Source: Acholeplasma laidlawii PG-8A (GTDB lineage: Bacteria; Bacillota_I; Bacilli_A; Acholeplasmatales; Acholeplasmataceae). From it: DNA of 32,000 nt. Positions 1 through 8,411 of this stretch are shown here, in pieces. Position 1 is the first letter of the stretch. The number at the start of each line of letters is the position of its first letter. The translations under genes were made by a program, and so were the position numbers. The notes beneath the pieces were generated by a model, which saw only the letters and a list, made by a program, of their open reading frames with translations, was not told the origin of the DNA and did no database searches. The stretch lies in contig NC_010163.1 in the NCBI RefSeq assembly GCF_000018785.1, forward strand, positions 360,001 to 392,000, in the 5' to 3' direction.

Positions 1-2
1 GC

Positions 3-119
3 ATCAGACAAATCATATTAGTTACCTTAATTAGTATTGTTATAGGCTATCTATCCAGTGCATTACCAGTCTTAAAAACAGCATCTAAAAAACCAATTGA
101 TGCGATCAAAAATAAATAA
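3..119 (+). CDS. C-terminal fragment of an FtsX-like ABC transporter permease (gene starts before the window)
   Basis: Open frame from the window edge, missing from the ORF track: IRQIILVTLISIVIGYLSSALPVLKTASKKPIDAIKNK*. The hydrophobic helix followed by 'ALPVLKTASKKPIDAI' resembles FtsX/MacB permease C-termini (LP..RAS...P.EALR). Confidence 0.6.
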   Translation: MRQIILVTLISIVIGYLSSALPVLKTASKKPIDAIKNK

Positions 120-130
120 GAAATGTAGTT

Positions 131-165
131 AAAGGTAATAATATGTTTTTATTACCTTTTTTTCT
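131..165 (+). terminator. Intrinsic terminator after the upstream permease gene
   Basis: aaaggtaat (131-139) pairs with attaccttt (151-159), followed by a T-rich run. Confidence 0.75.
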
Positions 166-183
166 TTTGGATTATAACTTCCT

Positions 184-213
184 TTGACTTGAAGTTGGTA
201 TAAATTCTATAAT
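184..213 (+). promoter_or_regulatory. Sigma-A-type promoter for the U32 operon
   Basis: TTGACT (184-189), 18-nt spacer, TATAAT (208-213), directly upstream of the 241 start. Confidence 0.6.
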
Positions 214-240
214 GTAACTATAGAATGAAGAGGCATACAT

Positions 241-1110
241 ATGAAAATACTTACAAATTTACATGATAAGAATAAGTTAGATGATTTACTCAAAGTAGCT
301 GATGGTATCATTTTAGGTGATGCTAAATATGCCAAAACACTTACTAGTGACTTTGGTAGTGATACTATAAACCTTATTGAAAAGATTTATGAAGCAAAAA
401 AAGAAGTTTTTGTTTTATTAAATAGAGTATTTACCGATAAAGAACTAGATTCCATTAAACCATATATTTTAAGTTTACCTGTGGATAAAATCACTGGTTT
501 TATGGGTGCAGACTTAGGTTTAATTGATACTTTTAAAACTTTAAATATAGAACATAAATTTATCTATAACCCTGAAACCTTACTAACAAATGATGAGGAT
601 TTTAATGATCTATCAAGTGAAGGTATTATGGGCGCATTTGTTTCTAAAGAAATTACTTTAGAAGACATTTTAGAAATTGGTCAACTAAAAAAATATAAGA
701 TGTTTTACTTTGGACATGGTCACATGTCCATGTTCTACTCAAAAAGACCGATGCTAAAAACATTTAATGACCATAGAGGTTTGGATAATTACTTGCATGA
801 TGATAAAACACTAACACTTACAGAAGAACGAAGACTTAACGAAGCATATCCTGTATTAGAAGACGATGCAGGTACGCATGTATTTCGTGGTACAGTCTTT
901 AATAGTTTCAAAGTGATTGAACCCCTAAAGACTGTTGTTGATTATTTTATTGTGGATACATTATTTATGGATGATGATTATGCTTATAAATTAATCCCAA
1001 TGTATAAAAATAACGACTTTGACTTACAACTTATCACCGATTATAAACAAACACTACATGATGGATTCTTATTTGATGAGTCTACAATTAAGGGAGAGAA
1101 AAATGACTGA
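241..1110 (+). CDS. Small U32-peptidase-family-like protein (YrrN/TrhP1-like companion)
   Basis: 289 aa. It immediately precedes and overlaps a full U32 family protein, as in the Bacillus yrrN-yrrO pair. No cysteines in the translation. Confidence 0.6.
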   Translation: MKILTNLHDKNKLDDLLKVADGIILGDAKYAKTLTSDFGSDTINLIEKIYEAKKEVFVLLNRVFTDKELDSIKPYILSLPVDKITGFMGADLGLIDTFKTLNIEHKFIYNPETLLTNDEDFNDLSSEGIMGAFVSKEITLEDILEIGQLKKYKMFYFGHGHMSMFYSKRPMLKTFNDHRGLDNYLHDDKTLTLTEERRLNEAYPVLEDDAGTHVFRGTVFNSFKVIEPLKTVVDYFIVDTLFMDDDYAYKLIPMYKNNDFDLQLITDYKQTLHDGFLFDESTIKGEKND

Positions 1111-2284
1111 ACTACTCGCTCCAGCTGGAGATTTAGATAAACTAAAGATTGCTATTATATATGGCGCAGATGCTGTATTTATTGGAGGTAAACAATTTAG
1201 TTTACGTGCCAATGCATCAAACTTTACAAAAGAAGATCTAATTGAAGGTTGTAAGTTCGCACATGATCGTGGCAAAAAAGTGTATGTTACAACAAACGTG
1301 ATACCACATCAAAAAGATAAAGAAGGCTTAATTGAATATTTAAAAATATTAGAAGAAGCTAAAGTAGATGCAATTATTGCAGCAAGTCCTTTAATTATTA
1401 ATACCGCTTTAAAACATACAAACCTAGAAGTGCATATTTCTACTCAACAATCAGCATTAAACGTCCCAACAGTAAACTATTGGTACAATAAAGGTGCTAC
1501 AAGGGTTGTTTTAGGACGTGATATTGATTTAAACGACATTGAACACATTACTAAACATGTAGACGCTGAAATCGAAGTATTTATCCATGGTGGTATGTGT
1601 GCAGGTTACAGTGGACGCTGTTCACTTTCTAACCACTTAACCAATAGAGATGCAAACCGTGGTGGATGTGCACACACATGCCGCTGGTTCTTTGAACTAC
1701 AAAAGAATGGAGAAATAGAAGCAGATATTCCATTTAGCATGGGTTCAAAAGATTTAAGTGCGGTTAAAGAAATTACTAGACTTATGGATATTGGTGTTTC
1801 ATCATTAAAAATTGAAGGCCGCATGAAATCACTACATTATATTGCAACAGTAGTAAATACGTATCGTCGTATTATTGATGAATATACTGAAACTGGTGCA
1901 ATCAAAAACTATGAACTTTATGAAGAAATGCTGAAAAATGCTGAAAATAGAGAAACATCTCATGGTTTCTTTTATGGACTACCTACTAAAGATCAACAAC
2001 TTTATGAAAAACGTAGTGAACGTGTGATGCAAAACTTTGTTGGGTTAATTCTTGACTATAACGAAGAAACTAAATATGCAACTGTTGAAACCAAAAACGT
2101 CTTTGTCTTAGAAGACTTAGAAGTATTTTCTCCTAAACACGCATCAAAGACCTTCTTAAATACTTCAATGATGAACTCCAATCAAGAAGTGATTACAAGA
2201 GCAGCACGTGCAAGAGAAAAAATACAAGTCTATATTCCGTTTAAAGTTGAACCATTTGATATGTTAAGAGCTAAAAGAACCTAA
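1103..2284 (+). CDS. U32 family peptidase / tRNA hydroxylation protein (YrrO/TrhP2-like)
   Basis: Starts MTELLAPAGDLDKLKIAIIYGADAVFIGG. Contains the U32 signature region EVFIHGGMCAGYSGRCSLSNHLTNRDANRGGCAHTCRW. The track start at 1019 is too early; the ATG at 1103 has a good SD (gggaga). Confidence 0.9.
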   Translation: MTELLAPAGDLDKLKIAIIYGADAVFIGGKQFSLRANASNFTKEDLIEGCKFAHDRGKKVYVTTNVIPHQKDKEGLIEYLKILEEAKVDAIIAASPLIINTALKHTNLEVHISTQQSALNVPTVNYWYNKGATRVVLGRDIDLNDIEHITKHVDAEIEVFIHGGMCAGYSGRCSLSNHLTNRDANRGGCAHTCRWFFELQKNGEIEADIPFSMGSKDLSAVKEITRLMDIGVSSLKIEGRMKSLHYIATVVNTYRRIIDEYTETGAIKNYELYEEMLKNAENRETSHGFFYGLPTKDQQLYEKRSERVMQNFVGLILDYNEETKYATVETKNVFVLEDLEVFSPKHASKTFLNTSMMNSNQEVITRAARAREKIQVYIPFKVEPFDMLRAKRT

Positions 2285-2315
2285 AACAAGTCAGGGCGAA
2301 AATGACTAAAATATT

Positions 2316-2360
2316 TACCTTCTATCCTATAATAGACTTATAAGGATAGGAGGTATTTTT
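2316..2360 (+). promoter_or_regulatory. Strong hairpin sequestering the tpx Shine-Dalgarno / terminator-like element
   Basis: taccttctatcct (2316-2328) pairs with aggataggaggta (2343-2355), 13 bp with one G-U. It extends inward (ataa/ttat) to a 5-nt loop. The SD aggagg (2348-2353) lies in the 3' arm, followed by TTTTT and the ATG. Confidence 0.6.
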
Positions 2361-2855
2361 ATGAAAACAATGAAAAACAAACCCATAACAGTTTTAGGGG
2401 AACCATTACAGATTGGTGATAAAGCACTCGACTTTATCGCTGTAGATAATAATTTAAATGAAGTATCATTTTTTGCTAATTTTAAAAAAGACTATACACT
2501 GATTAGCGCTGTACCTAGTTTAGATACATCTGTATGTGATATTCAAACACGTACAATTAATGAAAGATTATCGAGTTATAAAAACTTAGATTTTATTACC
2601 ATTTCTAATGACCTACCATTTGCACAAAAAAGATGGTGTGGCTCAAATGGTCTAGAAATCACAACTTTAAGTGACCACAAACTCTTGGATTTTGGTATGA
2701 AGTATGGTGCACTTATTAAAGAACTTAGATTACTTGCAAGATCTATTTTCGTTTTAGACCATCAAAGAAAGGTAGTTTATGTTGAATATTTAGATGAAAT
2801 GAGCAATCATCCGAATTATGATAAACTATTTAAATTTTTAGATACTGTACTATAA
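2361..2855 (+). CDS. tpx: Thiol peroxidase (Tpx-type peroxiredoxin)
   Basis: Contains Tpx-like SLDTSVCDIQTRTINE and SNDLPFAQKRWCG motifs. Confidence 0.93.
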   Translation: MKTMKNKPITVLGEPLQIGDKALDFIAVDNNLNEVSFFANFKKDYTLISAVPSLDTSVCDIQTRTINERLSSYKNLDFITISNDLPFAQKRWCGSNGLEITTLSDHKLLDFGMKYGALIKELRLLARSIFVLDHQRKVVYVEYLDEMSNHPNYDKLFKFLDTVL

Positions 2856-2960
2856 CAAAAAAAACAAGGGCAAGAAGATAACCATAATCTGTCAAAGAGC
2901 CTTTATAAAAATATGTAATTATGATAAAATACTATAGATAAATAAAGGAAGTGACCAAGG

Positions 2961-3917
2961 ATGGGTTTTTTCTCACGTCTGTTTAAAAAGAAACCAAAAA
3001 ATGATAAATATCAAATGGGTCTACATAAAAGTAGAAGTTCATTTGATAACTTAAAGAAATTATTAGATGAGTCTGATACGATTAATGATGATTTATTTGA
3101 TGCTATAGAAGATTTACTTATCTCTGCCGATATTGGTGTAGATACTGTTTTACATTTTACAAATGAACTTCGAAATGAAGTTATAAATAAACAATTTGAA
3201 AATCCAAGTGACTTAAGTGAAACGATTGTTGATAAATTATTTGAAATATATTTAAAAGATGAATTTGTAGATACAACATTAAGTTTTACAGAAGGCGAAG
3301 TCAATGTCTTTTTATTTGTAGGAGTTAATGGTGTTGGTAAAACAACTACTATTGGTAAACTTGCAAAACAATATAAAGACCAAGGTAAAAAAGTCTTAAT
3401 GGTTGCAGGTGATACCTTTAGAGCTGGTGCAATTGAACAACTTTATGAGTGGAGTAAGCGTGCCAAGGTAGATTTTTACCAAAAAGATGCTGGATCTGAC
3501 CCTTCAAGTGTCATATTTGAAGCACTAGAAAAAGCTAAAAAAGAAACATATGACCTTGTATTAGTCGATACTGCTGGTAGACTTCAAAATAAAGTGAACT
3601 TAATGAATGAGTTATCAAAAATGAAACGTGTCATTGAAAAAGCTCTACCAAGTCAACCTGCTGAAACATTACTGGTTATTGATGCAACTACTGGTCAAAA
3701 TGGTATGAATCAAGCAAAAGTGTTTAATGAAGCAACAGATCTAACTGGGATTGTTTTAACCAAGTTAGATGGTACTGCAAAAGGTGGTATTGTACTTGCG
3801 ATTAGACACTTATATAACCTACCAATTAAATATGTAGGCCTTGGTGAAAAAATTGATGATTTAGTACCATTTGATATAGAAGATTATATTTATAACCTAT
3901 TTAAAGGATTCTTCTAA
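2961..3917 (+). CDS. ftsY: Signal recognition particle receptor FtsY
   Basis: SRP GTPase motifs GVNGVGKTTTIGKLA, VDTAGRLQNKVNLMNEL, TKLDGTAKGG, and C-terminal PIKYVGLGEKIDDLVPF. Confidence 0.97.
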   Translation: MGFFSRLFKKKPKNDKYQMGLHKSRSSFDNLKKLLDESDTINDDLFDAIEDLLISADIGVDTVLHFTNELRNEVINKQFENPSDLSETIVDKLFEIYLKDEFVDTTLSFTEGEVNVFLFVGVNGVGKTTTIGKLAKQYKDQGKKVLMVAGDTFRAGAIEQLYEWSKRAKVDFYQKDAGSDPSSVIFEALEKAKKETYDLVLVDTAGRLQNKVNLMNELSKMKRVIEKALPSQPAETLLVIDATTGQNGMNQAKVFNEATDLTGIVLTKLDGTAKGGIVLAIRHLYNLPIKYVGLGEKIDDLVPFDIEDYIYNLFKGFF

Positions 3918-4231
3918 TGGAAAACTTAGAAAAAACAGAATATTTAAATACACTTTATAGTTTTTATAGTGAACTATTAACGGATAAACAACAAGCTTAC
4001 TATACAAACTATTACCACATGGATCTAACCTTACAAGAAATTGCAGATATTTTTGATGTGTCTAGAAATGCTGTGCACACACAACTAAAAAATGTGGAAC
4101 AAATTTTAAATAATTTTGAGGCAAAATTAAAACTTGTTGAGACAAGCCAAAAAAGATCTAAACTATTAGATCAATTGGAATCAACAAAAGATTTAAAATA
4201 TATTGATGAGTTAAGAAAGTTGGATGAATAA
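3917..4231 (+). CDS. ylxM: YlxM/p13-like putative helix-turn-helix protein (UPF0122)
   Basis: Sits between ftsY and ffh. Contains QQAYYTNYYHMDLTLQEIADIFDVSRNAVHTQLKNVEQIL (HTH). TAATG overlaps at both ends. Confidence 0.9.
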   Translation: MENLEKTEYLNTLYSFYSELLTDKQQAYYTNYYHMDLTLQEIADIFDVSRNAVHTQLKNVEQILNNFEAKLKLVETSQKRSKLLDQLESTKDLKYIDELRKLDE

Positions 4232-5634
4232 TGTCAAACTCGCTATCTGATCGCCTACAAATGTTTGTACGCCGTGCAACCGGTCGTGGGCGTTTAACTG
4301 AAAAAGATGTTGAAGAAATGATGCGTGAAGTACGTCTATCTTTATTAGAGGCAGACGTCAATTTTAAAATTGTTAAAGAATTTACTAATAATGTTAAAGA
4401 GCAAGCCCTTGGTGAAAAGATCTTAAACGGACTCAATCCTGGTCAACAAGTTGTAAAAATTGTGCATGATGAATTAAAACGTGTCATGGGTGAAGAGTCC
4501 GTAGGGCTTAATTACGCAAACACTGGTTTATCTACATTTATGACCATTGGTCTACAAGGTAGTGGTAAAACAACTGCTATTGGTAAAATGGGACTTTATA
4601 TTCGTAAAAAAGATAAAAAGAAAGTCATGCTTGTTGCTGCTGACGTTTACCGTCCTGCAGCCATTGATCAACTTGTTACAATCGGTAAAGGATTAGGCAT
4701 TCATGTCTATGAAGAAGGTATTAAAGACGCTAGAGTTATTGTTAAAAACGGTTTAAAGTATGCCAAAGATAACAATTATGATGTAGTGATTGTCGATACT
4801 GCAGGTCGCTTAACGATTGATGAAGACATGATGCAAGAATTAAAAGATGTTAAAGAAATCCTAAAACCTAATGAAGTACTTCTAACAGTAGATGCGATGA
4901 TGGGTCAAGAAGCTGCAAATGTTGCTAAATCATTCCATGATCAAATTGGTGCAACCGGCGTTATCTTAACTAAAATGGATGGCGATACGCGTGGAGGTGC
5001 TGCCTTATCTATTAGAGAAATATCTCAAATACCAATTAAATTCGCATCCAGCGGAGAAAAGATGGATAGCCTAGAAGCATTCCATCCAGAACGTATGGCT
5101 TCTCGTATTCTTGGTATGGGTGATATGTTAACGTTAATTGAAGAAGTGACATCAAATATCGATGAAGATGAAGCAAAATCCATGATGGAAAAGATGATGA
5201 GTGATTCATATAATTACTTAGATCTTCAAAAACAATTTAAAATGATTAAACGTATGGGTTCTATTTCAAAAATCTTAGGGTTCATTCCAGGACTAGGAAA
5301 AATGAAAGAAGCATTAAGCCAAGTAGATGATAAGCAATTTGATAGAATTAATGTCATCATCCAAAGTATGACAGAAGATGAAAGAAAATATCCTGAACTT
5401 ATCGATAAATCCTCTAAGCGTCGTCAAAGAATTGCTAAAGGTGCTGGAGTTGAGGTATCCGATGTCAACCGCTTAAGAGACTCACTCGTACAACAAAAAC
5501 AAATGATGAAACAAATGTCTAATATGGACGAAAAACAAATGGAGCGTTTAAGCAAGAACCCAAGCAGTTTCCAACCTAGTCAAACCAAGGTTAAAAAAGG
5601 AAAAGGTAAGGGTAAAGGCGGCTTTAGATTTTAA
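4231..5634 (+). CDS. ffh: Signal recognition particle protein Ffh
   Basis: GLQGSGKTTAIGKMG, VDTAGRLTIDEDMMQEL, TKMDGDTRGG, and a methionine-rich M domain ending in a basic tail. Confidence 0.97.
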   Translation: MSNSLSDRLQMFVRRATGRGRLTEKDVEEMMREVRLSLLEADVNFKIVKEFTNNVKEQALGEKILNGLNPGQQVVKIVHDELKRVMGEESVGLNYANTGLSTFMTIGLQGSGKTTAIGKMGLYIRKKDKKKVMLVAADVYRPAAIDQLVTIGKGLGIHVYEEGIKDARVIVKNGLKYAKDNNYDVVIVDTAGRLTIDEDMMQELKDVKEILKPNEVLLTVDAMMGQEAANVAKSFHDQIGATGVILTKMDGDTRGGAALSIREISQIPIKFASSGEKMDSLEAFHPERMASRILGMGDMLTLIEEVTSNIDEDEAKSMMEKMMSDSYNYLDLQKQFKMIKRMGSISKILGFIPGLGKMKEALSQVDDKQFDRINVIIQSMTEDERKYPELIDKSSKRRQRIAKGAGVEVSDVNRLRDSLVQQKQMMKQMSNMDEKQMERLSKNPSSFQPSQTKVKKGKGKGKGGFRF

Positions 5635-5639
5635 ACATA

Positions 5640-5669
5640 AAAGGTAGTTTCCTTTAGGATTCTACCTTT
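5640..5669 (+). terminator. Hairpin after ffh
   Basis: aaaggtag (5640-5647) pairs with ctaccttt (5662-5669). There is no long T tract beyond the stem. Confidence 0.45.
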
Positions 5670-5756
5670 CATAATATAGGGATAAGTTTCCCACATTTTT
5701 TGTGGAAAACTTATCTAGATAACTATGTTAAAATACATTTATAGAAGGGGTACAAT

Positions 5757-8399
5757 ATGAAAAAAATTACACTTGTAGACGGTAACTCGATACTTTTTAG
5801 AGCATATAATGCGACTGCATATCCAGGAGCTAAGGTCTTACAAACATCCACAGGTATTTATACAAATGCCGTTTTTGCATTTAGTGGTATGATCGATAAA
5901 ATTATTGAGATATCTAATTCACATATGCTTATAGCATTTGATACTGGAGAACCGACACACAGACATAAATCATATGATGATTATAAAGCAGGTAGAAAAG
6001 AAATGCCTGAGGAATTAGGTAGTCAAATACCTTTAATCCATGAACTTATTAAGTATCTTGGCATTAAAGAATACTCCATGGCTGGTTATGAAGCAGATGA
6101 CATCATTGGTACCCTTGCTAAAATGGCTGAAAAAGCTGGTTATAAAGTCGATGTCTTTTCATCTGATTATGACCTTTTACAATTAGTTACAGAACATATT
6201 ACTGTGCACATGTTAAAAAAAGGTATGCGTGTTGTAGAAACCTACACACCTGAAACTTTAAAAGAAACTTATGGTTTTTCTCATGAGTTATTTATTGATT
6301 TTAAAGCATTAGTTGGTGATAAATCTGATAATATTCCAGGTGTTCCAGGCGTTGGAGAAGTCACTGCTAAAAAGTTAATTGCTGAATATGGTACGTTAGA
6401 AAATATTTTAAATAATGCAGAACATATTAAAGGTAAGCTTGGAGAAAACATTCGTACAAACAAAGAACAGGCAGTTTTTTCAAAAGAACTCTCAACAATT
6501 CTAACGGATATGCCACTACCTTTTGATCTTGAAGATACAAAAGTTGGTGAAGTAGATGAAGAAAGCTTAATTAATTTTTATAAACGTCTTGAATTAAAAC
6601 AATTAGTGATATCTTATAATAAGAAAAATCCAGAAGTTGCTGCAACTACTGCCGAAACTTCTGAGTTTCAATATAAAGCAATTGATTCTGAAAATGCATT
6701 AAAATCTCTACTCAACCAAGATCTTGCAATTTACTTTGAATTTTCAGATTTCAATTACCACAAAGCTGAACTTTGGGGTGTTGGTTTAAGTAATGGAAAA
6801 ATCAATTACTTTGTAGATAGTGAAACGTTTTTAAATAGTGCCTCATTTAAAGCTTATTTAGAAAGTTCTAAATATAAAAAGTATACATATCACTATAAAG
6901 GTACAAAAGTATTTTTAAAGAAACTTGGTACCGAGTTTAATCATGTAACCTATGATTTACTTTTAGCTGCTTACTTAATTCAGTCCAGTATTGGTAAACA
7001 AGACTTTACCTTTATTGCGCAACAATTTCAAATCACGGATATTCAATATGATGAAGAAGTTTATGGTAAAGGTGCTAAAAAGGCCCTACCTTTAATTCCA
7101 TCAGACTATGAAGGTCATATAGCTAAAAAGGCGTATATCATCCATAAACTGATGCAACAAACACTAGATGTATTAACTGAACGTAACCAATTAAGTTTAC
7201 TAAATGATGTGGAACTACCTCTATCAGATGTCCTTGCAGATATGGAATATCAAGGTTTAACAGTTGACCTAAAAGAACTAGAAAATCAAACTAAAGATAT
7301 GTCTTTACGTATTGATAAATTAAGAACTGAAATTCTTTTGCTAGCAGGTGTTGACTTTAATGTCGATAGTCCTAAACAATTAGGTGATGTCTTATTTGAT
7401 ACCTTAGGTCTACCAAATGGTAAGAAAACTAAAACAGGATACTCTACAGGTATTGAAGTTTTAAACAACCTAATCGATCACCATCCAATTATTAACTTAA
7501 TTATTGAATATAGACAACTAACTAAACTGTATTCAACCTATTTAATCGGTATTAAAGAATCCGTATTTGAAGATAACCGTGTACACACCATTTATAATCA
7601 AGCACTAACCTTAACTGGTCGCTTATCAAGTTTAGAACCGAACTTACAAAATATTCCTATTCGTACAGAAGAAGGTAGACAAATAAGAAAATTATTTATT
7701 CCTGAACCTGATAGCTATTTTGTAGGTGCTGACTACTCTCAAATCGAATTACGTGTGTTAGCAGCTATGGCTGATGTTAAAAATTTAAAACAAGCATTTG
7801 AAGAAGATCAAGACATTCATACCGTAACAGCTCAAAAGGTATTCCACGTAGATACTGTCGATAGTGAACAAAGAAGACGTGCTAAAGCAGTTAACTTCGG
7901 TATTATTTATGGTATTGGACCATGGAGTTTATCTGAGGATATTGGTGTCACGGTGAAAGAAGCAGAAAACTTTATTAGCCGTTATTTGGAAGTATATCCT
8001 GAAATTAAAGATTACATGACCAATATCGTTGAGTTTGCTAAAACACATGGCTATGTTGAAACACTTTTAAATCGTCGCCGTTATATACCAGAACTATCCT
8101 CTAAAGTATTTAACTTAAGAGAGTTTGGTAAACGTACCAGTTTAAATGCGCCGATTCAAGGTACAGCAGCAGACATTATTAAACTCGCGATGATTGATTT
8201 ACACAACTATTTAAAAGATAATAAAAAGAAATCAAAACTTATCCTACAAGTACATGACGAACTCATCGTTGAGGTTGTTAAAGAAGAGTTGGATGAGATG
8301 AAAGAAGTCATACCAAACATCATGGAAAAAGCCTTTAATTTAGGCGTTAGACTGAAAACATCATGTGATGTTGGAAACAACTGGTATGAATTAAAATAA
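5757..8399 (+). CDS. polA: DNA polymerase I (5'-3' exonuclease and polymerase domains)
   Basis: N-terminal FEN domain (VDGNSILFRAY, GDKSDNIPGVPGVGEVTAKKL). Polymerase motifs ADYSQIELRVLAAMA, RRRAKAVNFGIIYG, LQVHDELIVEV. Confidence 0.97.
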   Translation: MKKITLVDGNSILFRAYNATAYPGAKVLQTSTGIYTNAVFAFSGMIDKIIEISNSHMLIAFDTGEPTHRHKSYDDYKAGRKEMPEELGSQIPLIHELIKYLGIKEYSMAGYEADDIIGTLAKMAEKAGYKVDVFSSDYDLLQLVTEHITVHMLKKGMRVVETYTPETLKETYGFSHELFIDFKALVGDKSDNIPGVPGVGEVTAKKLIAEYGTLENILNNAEHIKGKLGENIRTNKEQAVFSKELSTILTDMPLPFDLEDTKVGEVDEESLINFYKRLELKQLVISYNKKNPEVAATTAETSEFQYKAIDSENALKSLLNQDLAIYFEFSDFNYHKAELWGVGLSNGKINYFVDSETFLNSASFKAYLESSKYKKYTYHYKGTKVFLKKLGTEFNHVTYDLLLAAYLIQSSIGKQDFTFIAQQFQITDIQYDEEVYGKGAKKALPLIPSDYEGHIAKKAYIIHKLMQQTLDVLTERNQLSLLNDVELPLSDVLADMEYQGLTVDLKELENQTKDMSLRIDKLRTEILLLAGVDFNVDSPKQLGDVLFDTLGLPNGKKTKTGYSTGIEVLNNLIDHHPIINLIIEYRQLTKLYSTYLIGIKESVFEDNRVHTIYNQALTLTGRLSSLEPNLQNIPIRTEEGRQIRKLFIPEPDSYFVGADYSQIELRVLAAMADVKNLKQAFEEDQDIHTVTAQKVFHVDTVDSEQRRRAKAVNFGIIYGIGPWSLSEDIGVTVKEAENFISRYLEVYPEIKDYMTNIVEFAKTHGYVETLLNRRRYIPELSSKVFNLREFGKRTSLNAPIQGTAADIIKLAMIDLHNYLKDNKKKSKLILQVHDELIVEVVKEELDEMKEVIPNIMEKAFNLGVRLKTSCDVGNNWYELK

Positions 8400-8411
8400 A
8401 GGAGAAGTACT

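Noticed and set aside
1069-1824. Minus-strand ORFs 1069-1275 and 1606-1824
   Set aside because: Both lie wholly antisense to the well-supported U32 gene and have no convincing SD or protein features.
3011-4436. Minus-strand ORFs 3011-3304 and 4158-4436
   Set aside because: Antisense to ftsY and ylxM/ffh. Low-complexity translations consistent with shadow ORFs.
5696-5715. TTTTCCACA-like DnaA box in the ffh-polA gap as part of a replication origin
   Set aside because: Single match inside a hairpin, no box cluster, and no dnaA or dnaN nearby.
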